A DNA stretch of 42,767 nucleotides from Nemertoderma westbladi (GCA_032718475.1 JAUCBJ010006739.1:1-42767), one strand, 5' to 3'; shown: positions 1-11,579, counted from the first letter of the stretch. A program made the numbers and translations. Notes: generated by a model from the letters alone, not told the origin.

Positions 1-170
1 AAAATAACGGGGCAATTCAGCAAAGGCTTTTACACCAGCTATAGCCTGCGGACGGTGCACTAGCACTACCGTGGGCAGGAGAGCCGAGCCGGTGGAGACG
101 CTGCCACTTTTGCCTGGTACGCCAAGAGCGAGCACACAAGCGCTCCGGGCTTGTGTAGCCAATGTGCTCA

Positions 171-398
171 GACCAACGGCGGAACCGTCTTATGTTACAG
201 GCGCCCGCAAAGCCTTTCGCAGGCCCGATCCAGCAACAAAGAGGGCCCCAACTTGGACCAGAGCTGGCTTTTAGGCCAGATAGTACAGCCGTCCGATGGC
301 GGAATCGTCTTAAGTTACTGGCGTCCCCAAAGCCTTTCGCAGGCCCGATCCAGCAACAAAGACAGCCCCAACTCGGAACAGAGCTGACTTCTAGGCCA
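171..398. repeat. Two-copy ~120-bp tandem duplication
   Basis: ggcggaaccgtcttatgttac... at 178 and ggcggaatcgtcttaagttac... at 298; shared core caaagcctttcgcaggcccgatccagcaacaaaga. Confidence 0.9.
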
Positions 399-570
399 GG
401 GACCTCTGCTGTACTGAGGAGCAGGGCTCAACAGTTATGCATGAGGCAGAGTGAAAACTCTTGAAGTTTTAGTCCCGATGCGCCCTTATTTATAGCCTGC
501 TGTGGGGTCAATATGGAGTTGACCCCTAATTATCACCTGCGCGCGGGTGGACTTTCTGGGCAGAGACTTT

Positions 571-686
571 ACGTTCAAACAATGTTAAAGATAATTACCC
601 AATATAATAGACCAATTAATATTGGTGCACGTTCGAACAATATTAGATATAATTACTCAATAATATAGACCAATTAATATTGGTGC
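571..686. repeat. Two-copy 58-bp tandem duplication
   Basis: acgttc(a/g)aacaat...tagaccaattaatattggtgc at 571-628 and 629-686. Confidence 0.85.
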
Positions 687-2159
687 CTGGATGGAGTTTT
701 GAAGGTGACTTGTCAATCACTCCCTACTGCTATTGGGTGGCGGCCATAGGCTGCGTACTGGGGGCCGGTGTAAAGGAAGGGGTGTGTTGCATAACAATGG
801 ACCCTGGATAGTGCGTTGGATGGAGTGTATTGGGCGGATCAAGCAAGGCTTGACACGCCCGCCACGACTAAGGATGTCTGGGTTGGGGCACTAAGTCGTA
901 ATGTGAGATATGGGATAATATTCTGAGAAGAATATTTTGGTGAATATTTCCGGGATGAATATTGCGTCGAATATTTTGAGATAAATATTACGACTAAATA
1001 AGGAAAGGGGAATAATATATTGTAATTATTTCGTTATTAAAATCAGAGTCCCGAGGAAGTGTATTTTGTCTGTTTGCCTACGGAGACGCGAAAAATCGAT
1101 TAGAAGAACTGATTTCTTTCTCTGCAAGAAGTGAACAAATTGGAGTGTTGAGTCACCGGTACTCGTATTAGTAGGTAGTAGCCTGGGAAGCCAAATCGGA
1201 TTTATTGTTTTGGTTATTTCTGTTTCGTCTTGCGTTTAGAGTGATTAGCTTGGAATGTTATAGTTTGATTAAACCCATTTGCTTCATTCGAAAATACCAA
1301 CATATCAAAAGAAAGAAACCCCCTTGTGATTTCTTTAACACCAAGACTTAATATTATGTCCAAGTAATATACCGATATAAATTAAAATTCTATGTGAAAA
1401 TATGGTTTATTTAGAAACTATACTCGAGTCAAAGACCTAGGAAAATTAACACGCCAAATTAACCATATACACAGTGTGTTTTCTTATGCGTATTTTTAAA
1501 CAGAAAGCGTCCAAATGCGTTACGGTGACTATATTAAATCACATATTTTTTTTTCAGAAATGCAAGATGCAAGCTTTCTTATTCCACAACAAAAATTCCA
1601 AATCTTGTATCCTATTTATGTAATTTTGGTCAGAATTCCCGAGGTCTTATTAGAAGCCTACTGGATCTGCAGCACAATAAACCGAAAGGGATACCCATAT
1701 ATACTAGCGACCAACTTCGTTTCGCCTTGCTACTCAGACATACATCCTTCTCGGCATATAAGGTAGCCCATACTACTGTTAATATAATATAATTTGAATA
1801 GTTTTACAATATTTAATGCTGTTATGTTCTGGAGTCGTTTATTTTTTAATATAACTTTTTAATTTATTTATCCGGAATTTTTCACACACCAAAAAAGTAC
1901 CGTTTCGAGAAAAACTGGAAATCTAATTTTCTTAAGTGTGGACAGCGTCTCCTATTGTTAACACAGATGCCTGGAAAGATAGAAAGGGCAATTTTAAAAT
2001 AGGTATAGGTACATTTAAGCCCAGAAATAGGACTTAGTCACTGTAGGGCTTTTTAGTCACTCTAGGTCCTTCACAACTGTGATGTGAACTCAAATGATTA
2101 CAGTTCTTTAGTTTTATTATTTATAATAACAAGCCCCAATAGTCACCTTTAGTAATCAT

Positions 2160-3330
2160 TTAACCCTATCCGGCCCGGCGCCCGGGCCATTTTACAACGT
2201 AATAATTGGCCGGGGGGTCATTGTTAGAAATTTTTTAGATCTTGGCTCAATATTACAGTTTGATGGTATAAGGGTTTTCGAGGTCGCTGATCACATTAAA
2301 ACATCTTAAAAATATTTTGTGGCTAACAACCAATCATTTTTGGTGCTATTTTTGTCCCCCAGGAAAAAAGTACAAGTAAAAAAATGTCAAACTAAAAATT
2401 TCGTGTTTGGTTTGATAATTTTAAAGATATACGGGTTTTCGAGATTGCTGATCACGATGAAACCACAGTAGTTATTAATATTTCTGGTAATGCAAACCCA
2501 ATTTTGGTGCTGCAGAACGAAAAGAACAAGTAGCAAAATAATTGGTAAATTATGCCTTTGGTTGGGTAATTCTGAAGCCATACTGTTTTCCAATGTCGCT
2601 GATCTCGATACAACTCGTTAAAAATAATTGGTGGTAAGGCAACTATCGTTTTTGGTGCTTGTCTGGTGGGACGAAAAATAGCATAAAATTTGAAATGGCA
2701 AAAATCGAACGTGGTTGGATAATACGATATTTTTGAGTGTCATATTCGTGATCACCGTCCCAGAAAAACCATAATGTCTTACAATCAGGTTGATTTGGTA
2801 ATGATTTTTCGTTATCAAATTTATGCTAGGCCCTACTTGAATTTTTCGTCCCGCGCATAGACACACATCCAAAAATGCCCTATTCAACAAGGTACGATAA
2901 ATTTCAGTTTCATATTCCTGATCAGCATCCCAAAACACAGGTCATAAAATCAATGTGATTTTGAGGTGATTTTTCATTATCATATTTGCACTACTTGTTT
3001 TTTTCGTGCCCCAGAGGGCACATTCAAAATTACCAAAAATTGTCTCTAATGTTATATTTGAATTCTATATTCGTGATCAGCATCAAAATAAACCGCCATA
3101 TACCGCAATAAATTAATTTTAGTGTACCATAAAAACTTTTGAAAATTTTAGCACGAAAAATACTGAAGATGGGTGCCAGAAATGGACCATAACACGAAAA
3201 GTAACATAGAAATGTAAATGGCGTTTGCTCTGTTGGATAGCCCATTAAATTTTAGGAACAGTCACGAAATCTCGGTTTTCCCAACAAAACTGACTCAAAG
3301 ATACAGATGAATTACAAAAGAAATTCTAAA
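2160..3330. mobile_element. Non-autonomous DNA-transposon-like repeat with ~160-bp subunits in head-to-head arrangement
   Basis: Starts TTAA|CCCT (2160-2167, piggyBac-like terminus). Motif gggttttcgaggtcgctgatcac at 2272, 2433 and 2585, and reverse-complemented at ~2746, ~2916 and ~3071. Second diverged copy at 8686-9110. Right terminus not found. Confidence 0.55.
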
Positions 3331-3939
3331 ATGACCCACCCATCCCCTCCCCAGTAATGAAAAAAAACGTTTTTAAGGAAATTTTTCAGGTAGGCAGACA
3401 ACAGAATACACATGTGAAATTAAAAAAAAATATTTTGCATACAGGAAGATATTACATAATTTTGTTATTATATTTTAGGTACTACGAAATGAAATTCCTC
3501 TGCCATTGGATCAGCTTCTCCGCAAACTTGTCTCAGATGGGCTCTTCCAATCCACTGGACATTAGTGGACGTATCATTATCGACGCTATTATTGCTAATT
3601 ATCAATTTTGATTTGCATCACTGGAAATTGTAAAAAGTAGCCTCTACTACGGGACACTTTTTTGGACCACAAAAAATAGTAACGTTAACAAAAGTGACAT
3701 TAAAATGAAAATCCTTAAGGCTATTATAAAATTGAGTTGCAACACAATAAAGATTAATTATCATACTGTAGTATTACCCCATTACGATAACCTATTTATT
3801 GGCTAATTTTAGAAAAGTCACAGAATGCTATATAGCGTGTTAGTCTAATAAATAGTAACTAACATAAGCAATAAAACTAACTGATATAAAAACAAACTGT
3901 AAGCGTCTACGCAGTCTGTTGCGTACACTCGGGACCGCA

Positions 3940-4136
3940 TAGCCTCATGCCTGGCTACAACTGTCTCTGCAAGGTGGTGAATTAAAATCTCAGCCTCCTT
4001 GCACCAGACCCCGCCTGTGGTGCCGACAAGAGTTTTGAGGAAATCCTGCGGCGCTCGCACGTGCTGTTTGAGAATGGAGACCAGGGGCCTGTTGGTGTAT
4101 GTTTGAGGGAGTTTACAATCGCTACATCCAAAGGCA
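3940..4136 (-). pseudogene. Degenerate fragment resembling the C-terminal restriction-like endonuclease region of a non-LTR retrotransposon (CRE-like)
   Basis: Minus strand reads AF-[frameshift]-DVAIVN ... YTNRPLVSILKQH ... LVGTTGGVWCKEAEILIHHLAETVV. From memory this resembles FDVRVxN...YxxHExEK...PLVxSTTGGxGxEAxxFxxxLA in RLE-type LINEs. Recognised by eye only. Confidence 0.35.
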
Positions 4137-4144
4137 ATATTTAT

Positions 4145-5429
4145 GGTTATATTGAAAAATATCGAGACATGAAAAATAACGCGAGTAAAAACATCGAGTG
4201 TTGAAAAATAACGATAATATCGAGAGTTCAAAAAATATCGAGAGTAAAAATATCGAGTGTTGAAAAATATCGAGAGTAAAAATATCGAGCGTTGAAAAAT
4301 ATCGAGAGTAAAAATATCGAGAGTAAAAATATCGAGTGTTGAAAAATATCGAGAGTAAAAATATCGAGTGTTGAAAAATATCGAGAGTAAAAATATCGAG
4401 TGTTGAAAAATGTCGAGAGTAAAAATATCGAGTGTTGAAAAATATCGAGAGTAAAAATATCGAGTGTTGAAAAATATCGAGTGTTGAAAAATATCGAAAG
4501 TAAAAATATCAAGAGTAAAAATATCGAGTGTTGAAAAATATCGAGAGTAAAAATATCGAGTGTTGAAAAATATAGAATGTTGAAAAATATCGAGAGTAAA
4601 AATATCGATAGTAACAATTTTTTTAAATAAGGGTTGTATGATAATTTTTTTTACTAAAAATGTTCTAGAACAACAATATTTATCAACATTTGGTAGCTTA
4701 TAAGGTACGTGTTCTAATATAATATTTAACAATATTTATAATATTTATCAAAATTTATAGCTAGCACTTCTTTTATAATATTTATTAAAAAAATAGCAAA
4801 AACTAGCTAGTATAATAAATCTGGTAAATGGGTACCCAAGGTGTATTACATAATGCCATTCACTTGCACTTGCACTGTTGTAACCCATGCACTGCAATAT
4901 TGTTCCATAATTCTAAATAAAATGCTGAAGCAAAATGCAATATTTTTACTCTCGATATTTTTCAACACTCGATATTTTTCAACACTCGATATTTTTACTC
5001 TCGATATTTTTCAACACTCGATATTTTTACTCTCGATATTTTTACTCTCGATATTTTTCAACACTCGTTATTTTTACTCTCGATATCTTTAACACTCGTT
5101 ATTTTTACTCTCGATATTTTTAAACACTCGATATTTTTACTCTCGATATTTTTACTCTCGATATTTTTCAACACTCGATATTTTTCAACACTCGATATTT
5201 TTACTCTCGATATTTTTCAACACTCGATATTTTTACTCTCGATATTTTTCAACACTCGATATTTTTCAACACTCGTTATTTTCGATATTTTTCATCTCGC
5301 GTTATTTTTACTCTCGATATTTTTTAATCACGTTAATTTTCAACACTCGTTATTTTTACTCTCGATATTTTTACTCTCGTTATTTTTACTCTCGATCCTT
5401 TTCAAGACTCGATATTTTTCACCATTACC
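4145..5429. mobile_element. Foldback-type non-autonomous DNA transposon (long TIRs made of 15/17-bp subrepeats; Merlin- or MULE-like)
   Basis: Left arm (4145-~4612) of aaaaatatcgagagt / aaaaatatcgagtgttg units; right arm (~4940-5429) is the reverse complement. Termini GG...CC. Exact 8-bp TSD ATATTTAT at 4137-4144 and 5430-5437. AT-rich non-coding spacer. Confidence 0.85.
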
Positions 5430-5530
5430 ATATTTATAGCTAGCATCACGTACGGGACAAAAAAAGACCCACGCAAAAATTTTTATTTTTAACTTTAACT
5501 GGATTTTTAGTTGAAGACGCTTATTTTTTT

Positions 5531-5695
5531 AGCACCTCATGAAACCCAGTTAGCACCTCATGAAACCTAGTTAGCACCTAAAGAAACCCAGTTAGCACCT
5601 CATGAAACCCAGTTAGCACCTCATGAAACCAAGTTAAAACCTTATGAAACCCAGTTAACACATCATGAAACCCAGTTAGCACCTCATGAAACCCG
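5531..5695. repeat. 21-bp minisatellite (~8 copies)
   Basis: Unit gttagcacctcatgaaaccca repeated with few substitutions. Confidence 0.9.
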
Positions 5696-6309
5696 GCTAT
5701 CTCTCATAAAGGATAAATCGTTTTACGTGATAATTTTAATCTATTTTCCTAATTTTCGTGGTGTTTATAAACATATCCATTGTCGAGAGTCATTAAGACG
5801 ACTGCTCCAGACGGTAACTCTTTAATACAAACTTTTAGAGATAGACTAAGTTTCGTCGAAACAACTGTCACGTCACAGGGACTGAGCAAAAATATTGGCA
5901 TTCACTCACATATAGACCAACTTGAGTTGGGCTTTACCTTTTAAATGATAATAAATTCAAAAACCTTATATTGGTCGATTGTTATGCAGAATTTAATGGC
6001 GAAACCGAATATGTAAGCTATAGTTTTGCGGATATGACAATTTTACTATGGCATATTCCCATAAAAATAAATTTGCATTACTTTCCCGAAAACTTTTTTT
6101 ATTATAGCATCTAACAGTAACAATAATATATCACATCACAACAGGGTAGCACAGAAACAATATTCAACAACATAGTAACTAAACAATTGAACTACAATGG
6201 GTCCTATATTAGTTCATGGGAGTCCTGCTCCGACATCCAGTCCCAGGCCACTCCGCCACTTTACACGCGACCCTCTGATGCAATTGGATGCACATAACCG
6301 CAAAATAAG

Positions 6310-6660
6310 TGACAACTGACAAACAGGCAGACGATATTTTGCCAAACACCAAAACTGACAGCGGAAATGAAATCAGCGACCCCGAAAACCCCAATAATGA
6401 CAATTTTAGCAAGGTCGTGTACATGTTGTATGTTGCCGGGGATTTTAACACACAAAGACAGACAGACAAATTGATAGATCGACAGACAAGTTTCAACCAA
6501 AAATCAAAACAGATATCGGAAATGAAATTACCGACCAGGAAAACCCCCATATCGAAACGTTTAGCTATGTGGTTGTATGTCGTGTGTTTTTATTATAATA
6601 TGTCAGACAAATAGACAGACAGACAGACATTCCGACAGACATCCAGTCAGGCAGACTAAT
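6310..6660. repeat. Degenerate interspersed repeat with GACA microsatellite and internal duplication
   Basis: cggaaatgaaat(cagc/tacc)gacc..gaaaacccc twice (~6362, ~6517), (GACA)n runs near 6457 and 6614. The core is the reverse complement of the gggttttcg..gtcgctga motif of the 2160-3330 family. Confidence 0.45.
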
Positions 6661-7053
6661 GGAGAAGGGGAAGTTAATGTTTTGGGCAGATAATTATTAT
6701 TTAAATTAGTTTTTAAACGTTAAGAATTTTTAATAACATTCGGAAGATTGTATTGGACATGGGCAGGCTGGCAGGCAGATGAGCAGATTGGGGAATCGAT
6801 AAAGTGTAAAAAAAAAAGGTAAGTAGATTACAACTACTGTCGTGGGGAATCGATACAGTTTGAAAATAGTATTTGGATTACCGGTACAAGGGCATTATGG
6901 TATTCAACCAAAAAATTCACCACATAGTCCCGAGTGCCCCAAAAGTTAAATTACCGCACTTATGCACAATATATTAGGATAATTAACAATTAACGTTAGT
7001 GTAAAAAATCATCATTACCAATTGGCGACATTGACCAACCCTGCAGTCCTTAG

Positions 7054-7506
7054 TTAGAGTTTTGGAGCTGATGTAAATATTCTTATTCCATGCATTTCTG
7101 AAATCTCCTTTTTTAAGGATTTATTTATCAACTGATGTTGTTGAATTAGTCTGAGATTAGCGAATGAGGCGTCCACCACGTGAACCTCGTACATAGACCC
7201 ACATCCACCGCTAATATCCTTTACTTTTATATCAACGGCTCCAGGAAAGTCCGACTTTAGAACCTCCAATAGTTTCCGCTCACCGTCGCTGATTGCCGGA
7301 TTGTCGGACATAGTTCTATTCGCTGAGTCGTAAATTATTCGTCGTAATAAATAGTTATCTCTGCATAATATCCGGGTCGCCCCACTAGGCCGACGGTAGT
7401 CCCTAACGACCGGCGGAACTACCGGTATATGAGACAGTAAATTGAGGCGTCCACGAGAGTTTAATCTGGGTTTAAATAAACCGCTCGACAGTTGTACAGA
7501 TCTCAT
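7054..7506 (-). CDS. BOLA3: BolA-like protein 3 (mitochondrial Fe-S assembly factor), single exon, 150 aa
   Basis: BolA domain with BOLA3 signature VKDISGGCGSMYEVHV...FANLRLIQQHQLINKSLKKEISEMHGIRIFT (conserved Cys and His). N-terminal ~60 aa are R/S/L-rich and acid-poor, like a mitochondrial presequence. ATG start and TAA stop intact. Confidence 0.92.
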   Translation of the reverse strand: MRSVQLSSGLFKPRLNSRGRLNLLSHIPVVPPVVRDYRRPSGATRILCRDNYLLRRIIYDSANRTMSDNPAISDGERKLLEVLKSDFPGAVDIKVKDISGGCGSMYEVHVVDASFANLRLIQQHQLINKSLKKEISEMHGIRIFTSAPKL

Positions 7507-7959
7507 AGGTAGGCCTACTATTTAACAAACTCTAGGCCTAAGTTACGGTACTGGCAGGCTGGTACAATGTTGAGGAAGATAGTAGCACAAGTAGCCTACT
7601 GCAATAAGAACGGGGGGGGGGGCAAAGGTGGCCCATTGCGGGTTGCGGCCAATATACTTTTCAAAAAAATTCGTATCAAACATAAGTAATTTTAATTAAA
7701 TTAATATCAAACAAAAGTAATTTAAAAAAGATTCAAATAAAAGTAATTTAAAAAACTACCGTGTTTCGCAGCTCAATAACAATGAGTTGTGAATACAGCC
7801 AGACGTCGTTCTGTCAATCTGTGTCCGATTATTGCTGCAGAACAATGTTACGTTAACTTGATCAATCGATGATGAAAATGTAAAACCAAACTTGGTACAC
7901 ATGTAGTCTGGTAAAAGTTAAGAAATTTTCCAAATATAATTTGGTCGCATATGGGGAAA

Positions 7960-8680
7960 TATAATTATTTATTACATGGGAAAAAAGTATAACTTTTTTC
8001 ATTATTCTCGAGGCATTTTATGAACCGAGCGTCAGCGAGGTTAATAAAGGGTCGAGAGAATATTGAAAAAAAAATGTTCTACGTTTTTTCCCATGTAATA
8101 CGTAATTTTATTCTTAAAATTGGTACTTTTTTGTTGCTAAATTCTGTAATAAAACATAGCGATATACTGTACTACAGTACAGTTAGTGTTACAAAATTAA
8201 TTGAACTGTAGTATTTTACTATATTGCTTCCATAGTTACTGCGATTCATATTATTGTACTCTCTCGATGCTGCCTTACTCAATGTTAAAATAATTTAGTG
8301 TTCTCGAATATTTATTACGTAACTAGAGAGCCGCTTAACTACATAAACTAATAATGGCTATTGAGTTCCGTTTTGGAGTACGCCTTGCAGACACTAAAGT
8401 TGCAATAACTTTTGAGTGTGTGCATGGATTTTGCTCAAATTACTTGCAAACCTTTTCTACGTCGATGCTCTTTCAATATCTGTAATAAAATTTAAGAAAT
8501 TCCACCAAAAATATTTTACTTTACTTTTTTCGCCGGGAAGAAAAGTAAAATCAATGCAATCCTATGGGTTACTTTTTTTCCCTAGGAAAAAAAAGTGAAA
8601 CTAAAAAAAAATGTGGGGTATATTCGAGCGAAAAAGTAGCAATTTAAGAATAAAATTATTTACCAGTATAAAATAAATAG
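7960..8680. mobile_element. Non-autonomous element with nested subterminal inverted repeats (CryptonV/Helitron-like architecture, class uncertain)
   Basis: Hairpin attacatgggaaaaaag...tctcga / gagaat...ttttttcccatgtaat (~7971-8099) around ccgagcgtcagcgagg. 8104-8131 is inverted at 8631-8657. Short palindromes at ~8513-8551 and ~8569-8598. Confidence 0.5.
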
Positions 8681-8685
8681 TATAT

Positions 8686-9110
8686 GGTCATTTTAGAAAT
8701 TTGTTAGATCTTGGCTCATAAATTACAATTTTAATGGTATAAGGGTTTTCGAGGTCGCTGATCAACGATAAAACTTGTAAAAAATATTTCTGAAAATGCA
8801 AACATCATTTTTGGTGCCCTTCTGGTGTCCCAGAACGAAAAGTACAAACAAAGTAGCAAAAATTTAAAACTGTTAAATGTTGCCGTTTCTTTGGTAATTC
8901 TGAAGCTAAATAGTTTTTTCAAAGCGGTTGATTACGATACAACTCATTAAAAACCATTTGTGGGCAACGGCTATATACGGCAAATAAATTAATATTAGTG
9001 AATTATAAAAACTATTGAAAATTTCTGAGTATACTCTGTTGGACAGCCCATTAAATTTTAAGAAAGGTCACGAAACTCGGTTTTCACAACAAATACAGAT
9101 GGTTTACAAC
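8686..9110. repeat. Internally deleted second copy of the 2160-3330 repeat family
   Basis: ggtcatt.tagaaattt.ttagatcttggctca...atggtataagggttttcgaggtcgctgatc matches 2216-2292; tctgttgga.agcccattaaatttta...gtcacgaaa.ctcggtttt matches 3229-3280. Confidence 0.8.
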
Positions 9111-10397
9111 CCGAACTGGACGCAATAAAAATTTATCCCTCTCCAGGGGAAATTCGATGCAAATAACAGCTCAAAAATACAACTGTAACGTGTTCCATTG
9201 TGTTTAGTTTATTGTTTTGGTTAAAATATCGTGAAACTGTAACCTGCTCCTTTCCCTAAATTGATAATTTAACATTGAGGCGGGATAATAATTCGCCAAG
9301 ACGGGATTTGCCACCCCACACCCCCCCCCCCCCCCCCCCGTCCAAATGGTGTTAAACGAACAATTTGAAGAATGTAGAAATGCATTTCGTTGTTTTTGAA
9401 GTTGTTGAATCCAAATCTCGCCCGTCACACAAATCCCATCCATCCGAGATCAGAAAGGAGTTTGGGTAGCAGTTACAGTTACGGGCATATATGGCGGGCT
9501 GTAATGTAACCAACAGCTACAACCAAGGTCGATAAACTAAATGTACATGTAGTCCGGTGGATAAGAGGATTACATTCATGTGGGGAAAAAATAAAGAATC
9601 TGTTTGTAATGCTGGATGTTATCTTATATTATATTTGTTAATTATGTGGATATTTTTTTGATAATATTACGTATTAAATGAATAAGTAAATACAACAAAT
9701 TGAACAATAAAACAATAAGCGATTAAAAAAATAATATATACAATTTTTATACAAATGAAATAGCAGAAATGAGTTTATTTATTGCAGCAAACTTTTAAGG
9801 TAGACAACATCAGTATGGCAGGTATGTCCCCGAATATAAGCGAAATCCGGAATTATTAGCGTCTAATTCTAATAGAGCACCGATACAATATTTATGTACA
9901 ACAAACATTAACTGCAGCTTGGAAAGATTGTAAATATAAAAAATACTACAAGCATCGCTGGATATTCTATAAAAAGTAGCACCCAATATATTATTTAGAA
10001 ACCAATAAGCCACTGTTATTGCAAATATAAAAACAATCAGTAAGACCTTCCTTCATACCACTAATAAATTAATACTATTTACTTATCTATATATTTACAA
10101 AATTAGTTACACAGTTAAATAATTAGAAAATTATTGCTAAAACAATTAAAATTATGTTTGTACCTCTATTACTTACAGTAACTAGTTAAGGTTTGCATAA
10201 CCAATCGAGAACTTATAAAGCAAAGGACCGTAGCACAAAAAATTTATAAATTAAATAGAAGTATCTATATATAAATAGATTCATATATTACACATTTACA
10301 CCTAAATTATATATATTACCGAAAATATTCTAAAATTAAAATCATCTGAAAATTATGTGTAAAATATTCCGCGGATTAAAAAATCCTTAAAACTTCC

Positions 10398-10403
10398 TTT
10401 ATT
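10398..10403 (-). terminator. Candidate polyadenylation signal (AATAAA) of the zinc-finger gene
   Basis: First minus-strand AATAAA after the stop codon and 3'UTR minisatellite, followed by U-rich sequence. An alternative pair lies at ~9774-9783. Confidence 0.45.
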
Positions 10404-10446
10404 ATCGTATGTTTTTCTTTCTAGATATAAAATCGTGTTTAACTTC

Positions 10447-11240
10447 TACCTCCTGGGCCCAGCTACCCCCTGCCTACAGCTACCCCCTGCCTACAGCTAC
10501 CCCCTGCCTACAGCTACCCCCTGTCTACAGCTACCTCCTGGTTCTGCTACACCCTGCCTACAGCTACCCCCTGCCTACAGCTACCCCCTGCCTACAGCTA
10601 CCCCCTGTCTACAGCTACCTCCTGTCTACAGCTACCTCCTGGTTCTGCTACCCCCTGCCTACAGCTACCCCCTGCCTACAGCTACCCCCTGCCTACAGCT
10701 ACCCCCTGCCTACAGCTACCCCCTGCCTACAGCTACCCCCTGCCTACAGCTACACCCTGTCTACAGCTACCTCCTGGTTCTGCTACCTCCTGCCTACAGC
10801 TACCCCCTGGCCCCAGCTACCCCCTGCCTACAGCTACCCCCTGCCTACAGCTACCCCCTGCCTACAGCTACCCCCTGCCTACAGCTACCCCCTGTCTACA
10901 GCTTCCCCCTGCCTACAGCTACCCCCTGTCTACAGCTACCCGCTGTCTACAGCTACCTCCTGCCTACAGCTACCCCCTGGCCCCAGCTACCCCCTGCCTA
11001 CAGCTACCTCATGGCCCCATCTACCTCCTAACTGCGGCCCCAGCTACCTCCTGCCTACAGCTACCTCCTGGTTCCAGCTACCTCCTGTCTACAGCTACCT
11101 CCTGGCCCCAGCTACCCACTGCCTACAGCTACCTCCTGGCCCCAGCCACCTCCTGACCCCAGCTACCTCCTGGCCCCAGCTACCCACTGCCTACAGCCAC
11201 TGCCAACTACCAACCTAACTGCGGCCCCAGCTACCTACAG
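10447..11240. repeat. 17-bp minisatellite in the predicted 3'UTR of the zinc-finger gene
   Basis: Unit cctacagctaccccctg (sense strand CAGGGGGTAGCTGTAGG), ~46 copies with variants, starting a few bases after the TAG stop. Confidence 0.95.
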
Positions 11241-11247
11241 ACCCCGG

Positions 11248-11571
11248 CTAGCCCTTGACTCCGGCGTGGAACTTAGTGCGATGGGCCGCCAACATGCTTC
11301 CGTACTTAAACTTGGTATCACAAACACTGCAGACGAAATCGAATTTGTTGTAATGGACCCCGCGGACATGCTGACGCAACTTGTAGGGGAAGGGAAACGC
11401 GGCCCCGCAGATGTCGCAGACGTGTTTCTTGAGCTGCTGATGGACGACGCGGATGTGGAGTGGCAGGTTGTGTTTGGTGACCACCTTGCCGCACTCCTTG
11501 CAAGCCTCGGTCGCCACGCCTGAGTGCACGACCTTGTGGTGCTGCATCAGTGCCATCTTACCCGAGAAAAC
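11248..11571 (-). CDS. C2H2 zinc-finger gene, terminal coding exon (half finger + 3 fingers)
   Basis: Acceptor tttcttcag|GTT (exon starts 11571); VFSGKMALMQHHKVVH, CKEC..HIRVVH, CDIC..HVRGVH, CSVC..HRTKFH; TAG stop at 11250-11248; GC-rich coding composition. Confidence 0.9.
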   Translation of the reverse strand, partial: VFSGKMALMQHHKVVHSGVATEACKECGKVVTKHNLPLHIRVVHQQLKKHVCDICGAAFPFPYKLRQHVRGVHYNKFDFVCSVCDTKFKYGSMLAAHRTKFHAGVKG

Positions 11572-11579
11572 CTGAAGAA

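Larger units (their letters stand above)
1..800 (-). mobile_element. Possible LTR-like/retroelement terminal sequence (boundaries uncertain, cut by window start)
   Basis: GC-richer non-coding segment with minus-strand TATAAATAA (494-486) and two internal tandem duplications. Candidate TG.. starts on the minus strand at 796 (TGTTATG) or 1302 (TGTTGG). No TSD, PBS or PPT could be confirmed. Confidence 0.3.

Noticed and set aside
902-1302. Plus-strand solo LTR (TG...CA with ATTAAA)
   Set aside because: Flanks do not form a TSD for any TG start tried.
3160-3195. Hammerhead-like core CTGAAGA-TGG/CCA-GAAA
   Set aside because: Stem III would need a 1-nt loop, the usual G-C pair at the base of stem II is missing, and no stem I is evident.
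71-3611. Short ORFs of 60-110 aa
   Set aside because: No recognisable domains; they overlap repeats or AT-rich non-coding DNA.
3845-5123. 295-aa and neighbouring ORFs with STLDIF repeats
   Set aside because: Derived from the foldback element's subrepeats.
5781-5870. Penelope-type terminal hammerhead (gtcgaaac)
   Set aside because: CTGANGA core absent; too degenerate to support.
10409-11218. Pro-rich extensin-like ORFs on the plus strand
   Set aside because: Products of the 17-bp minisatellite read in several frames.
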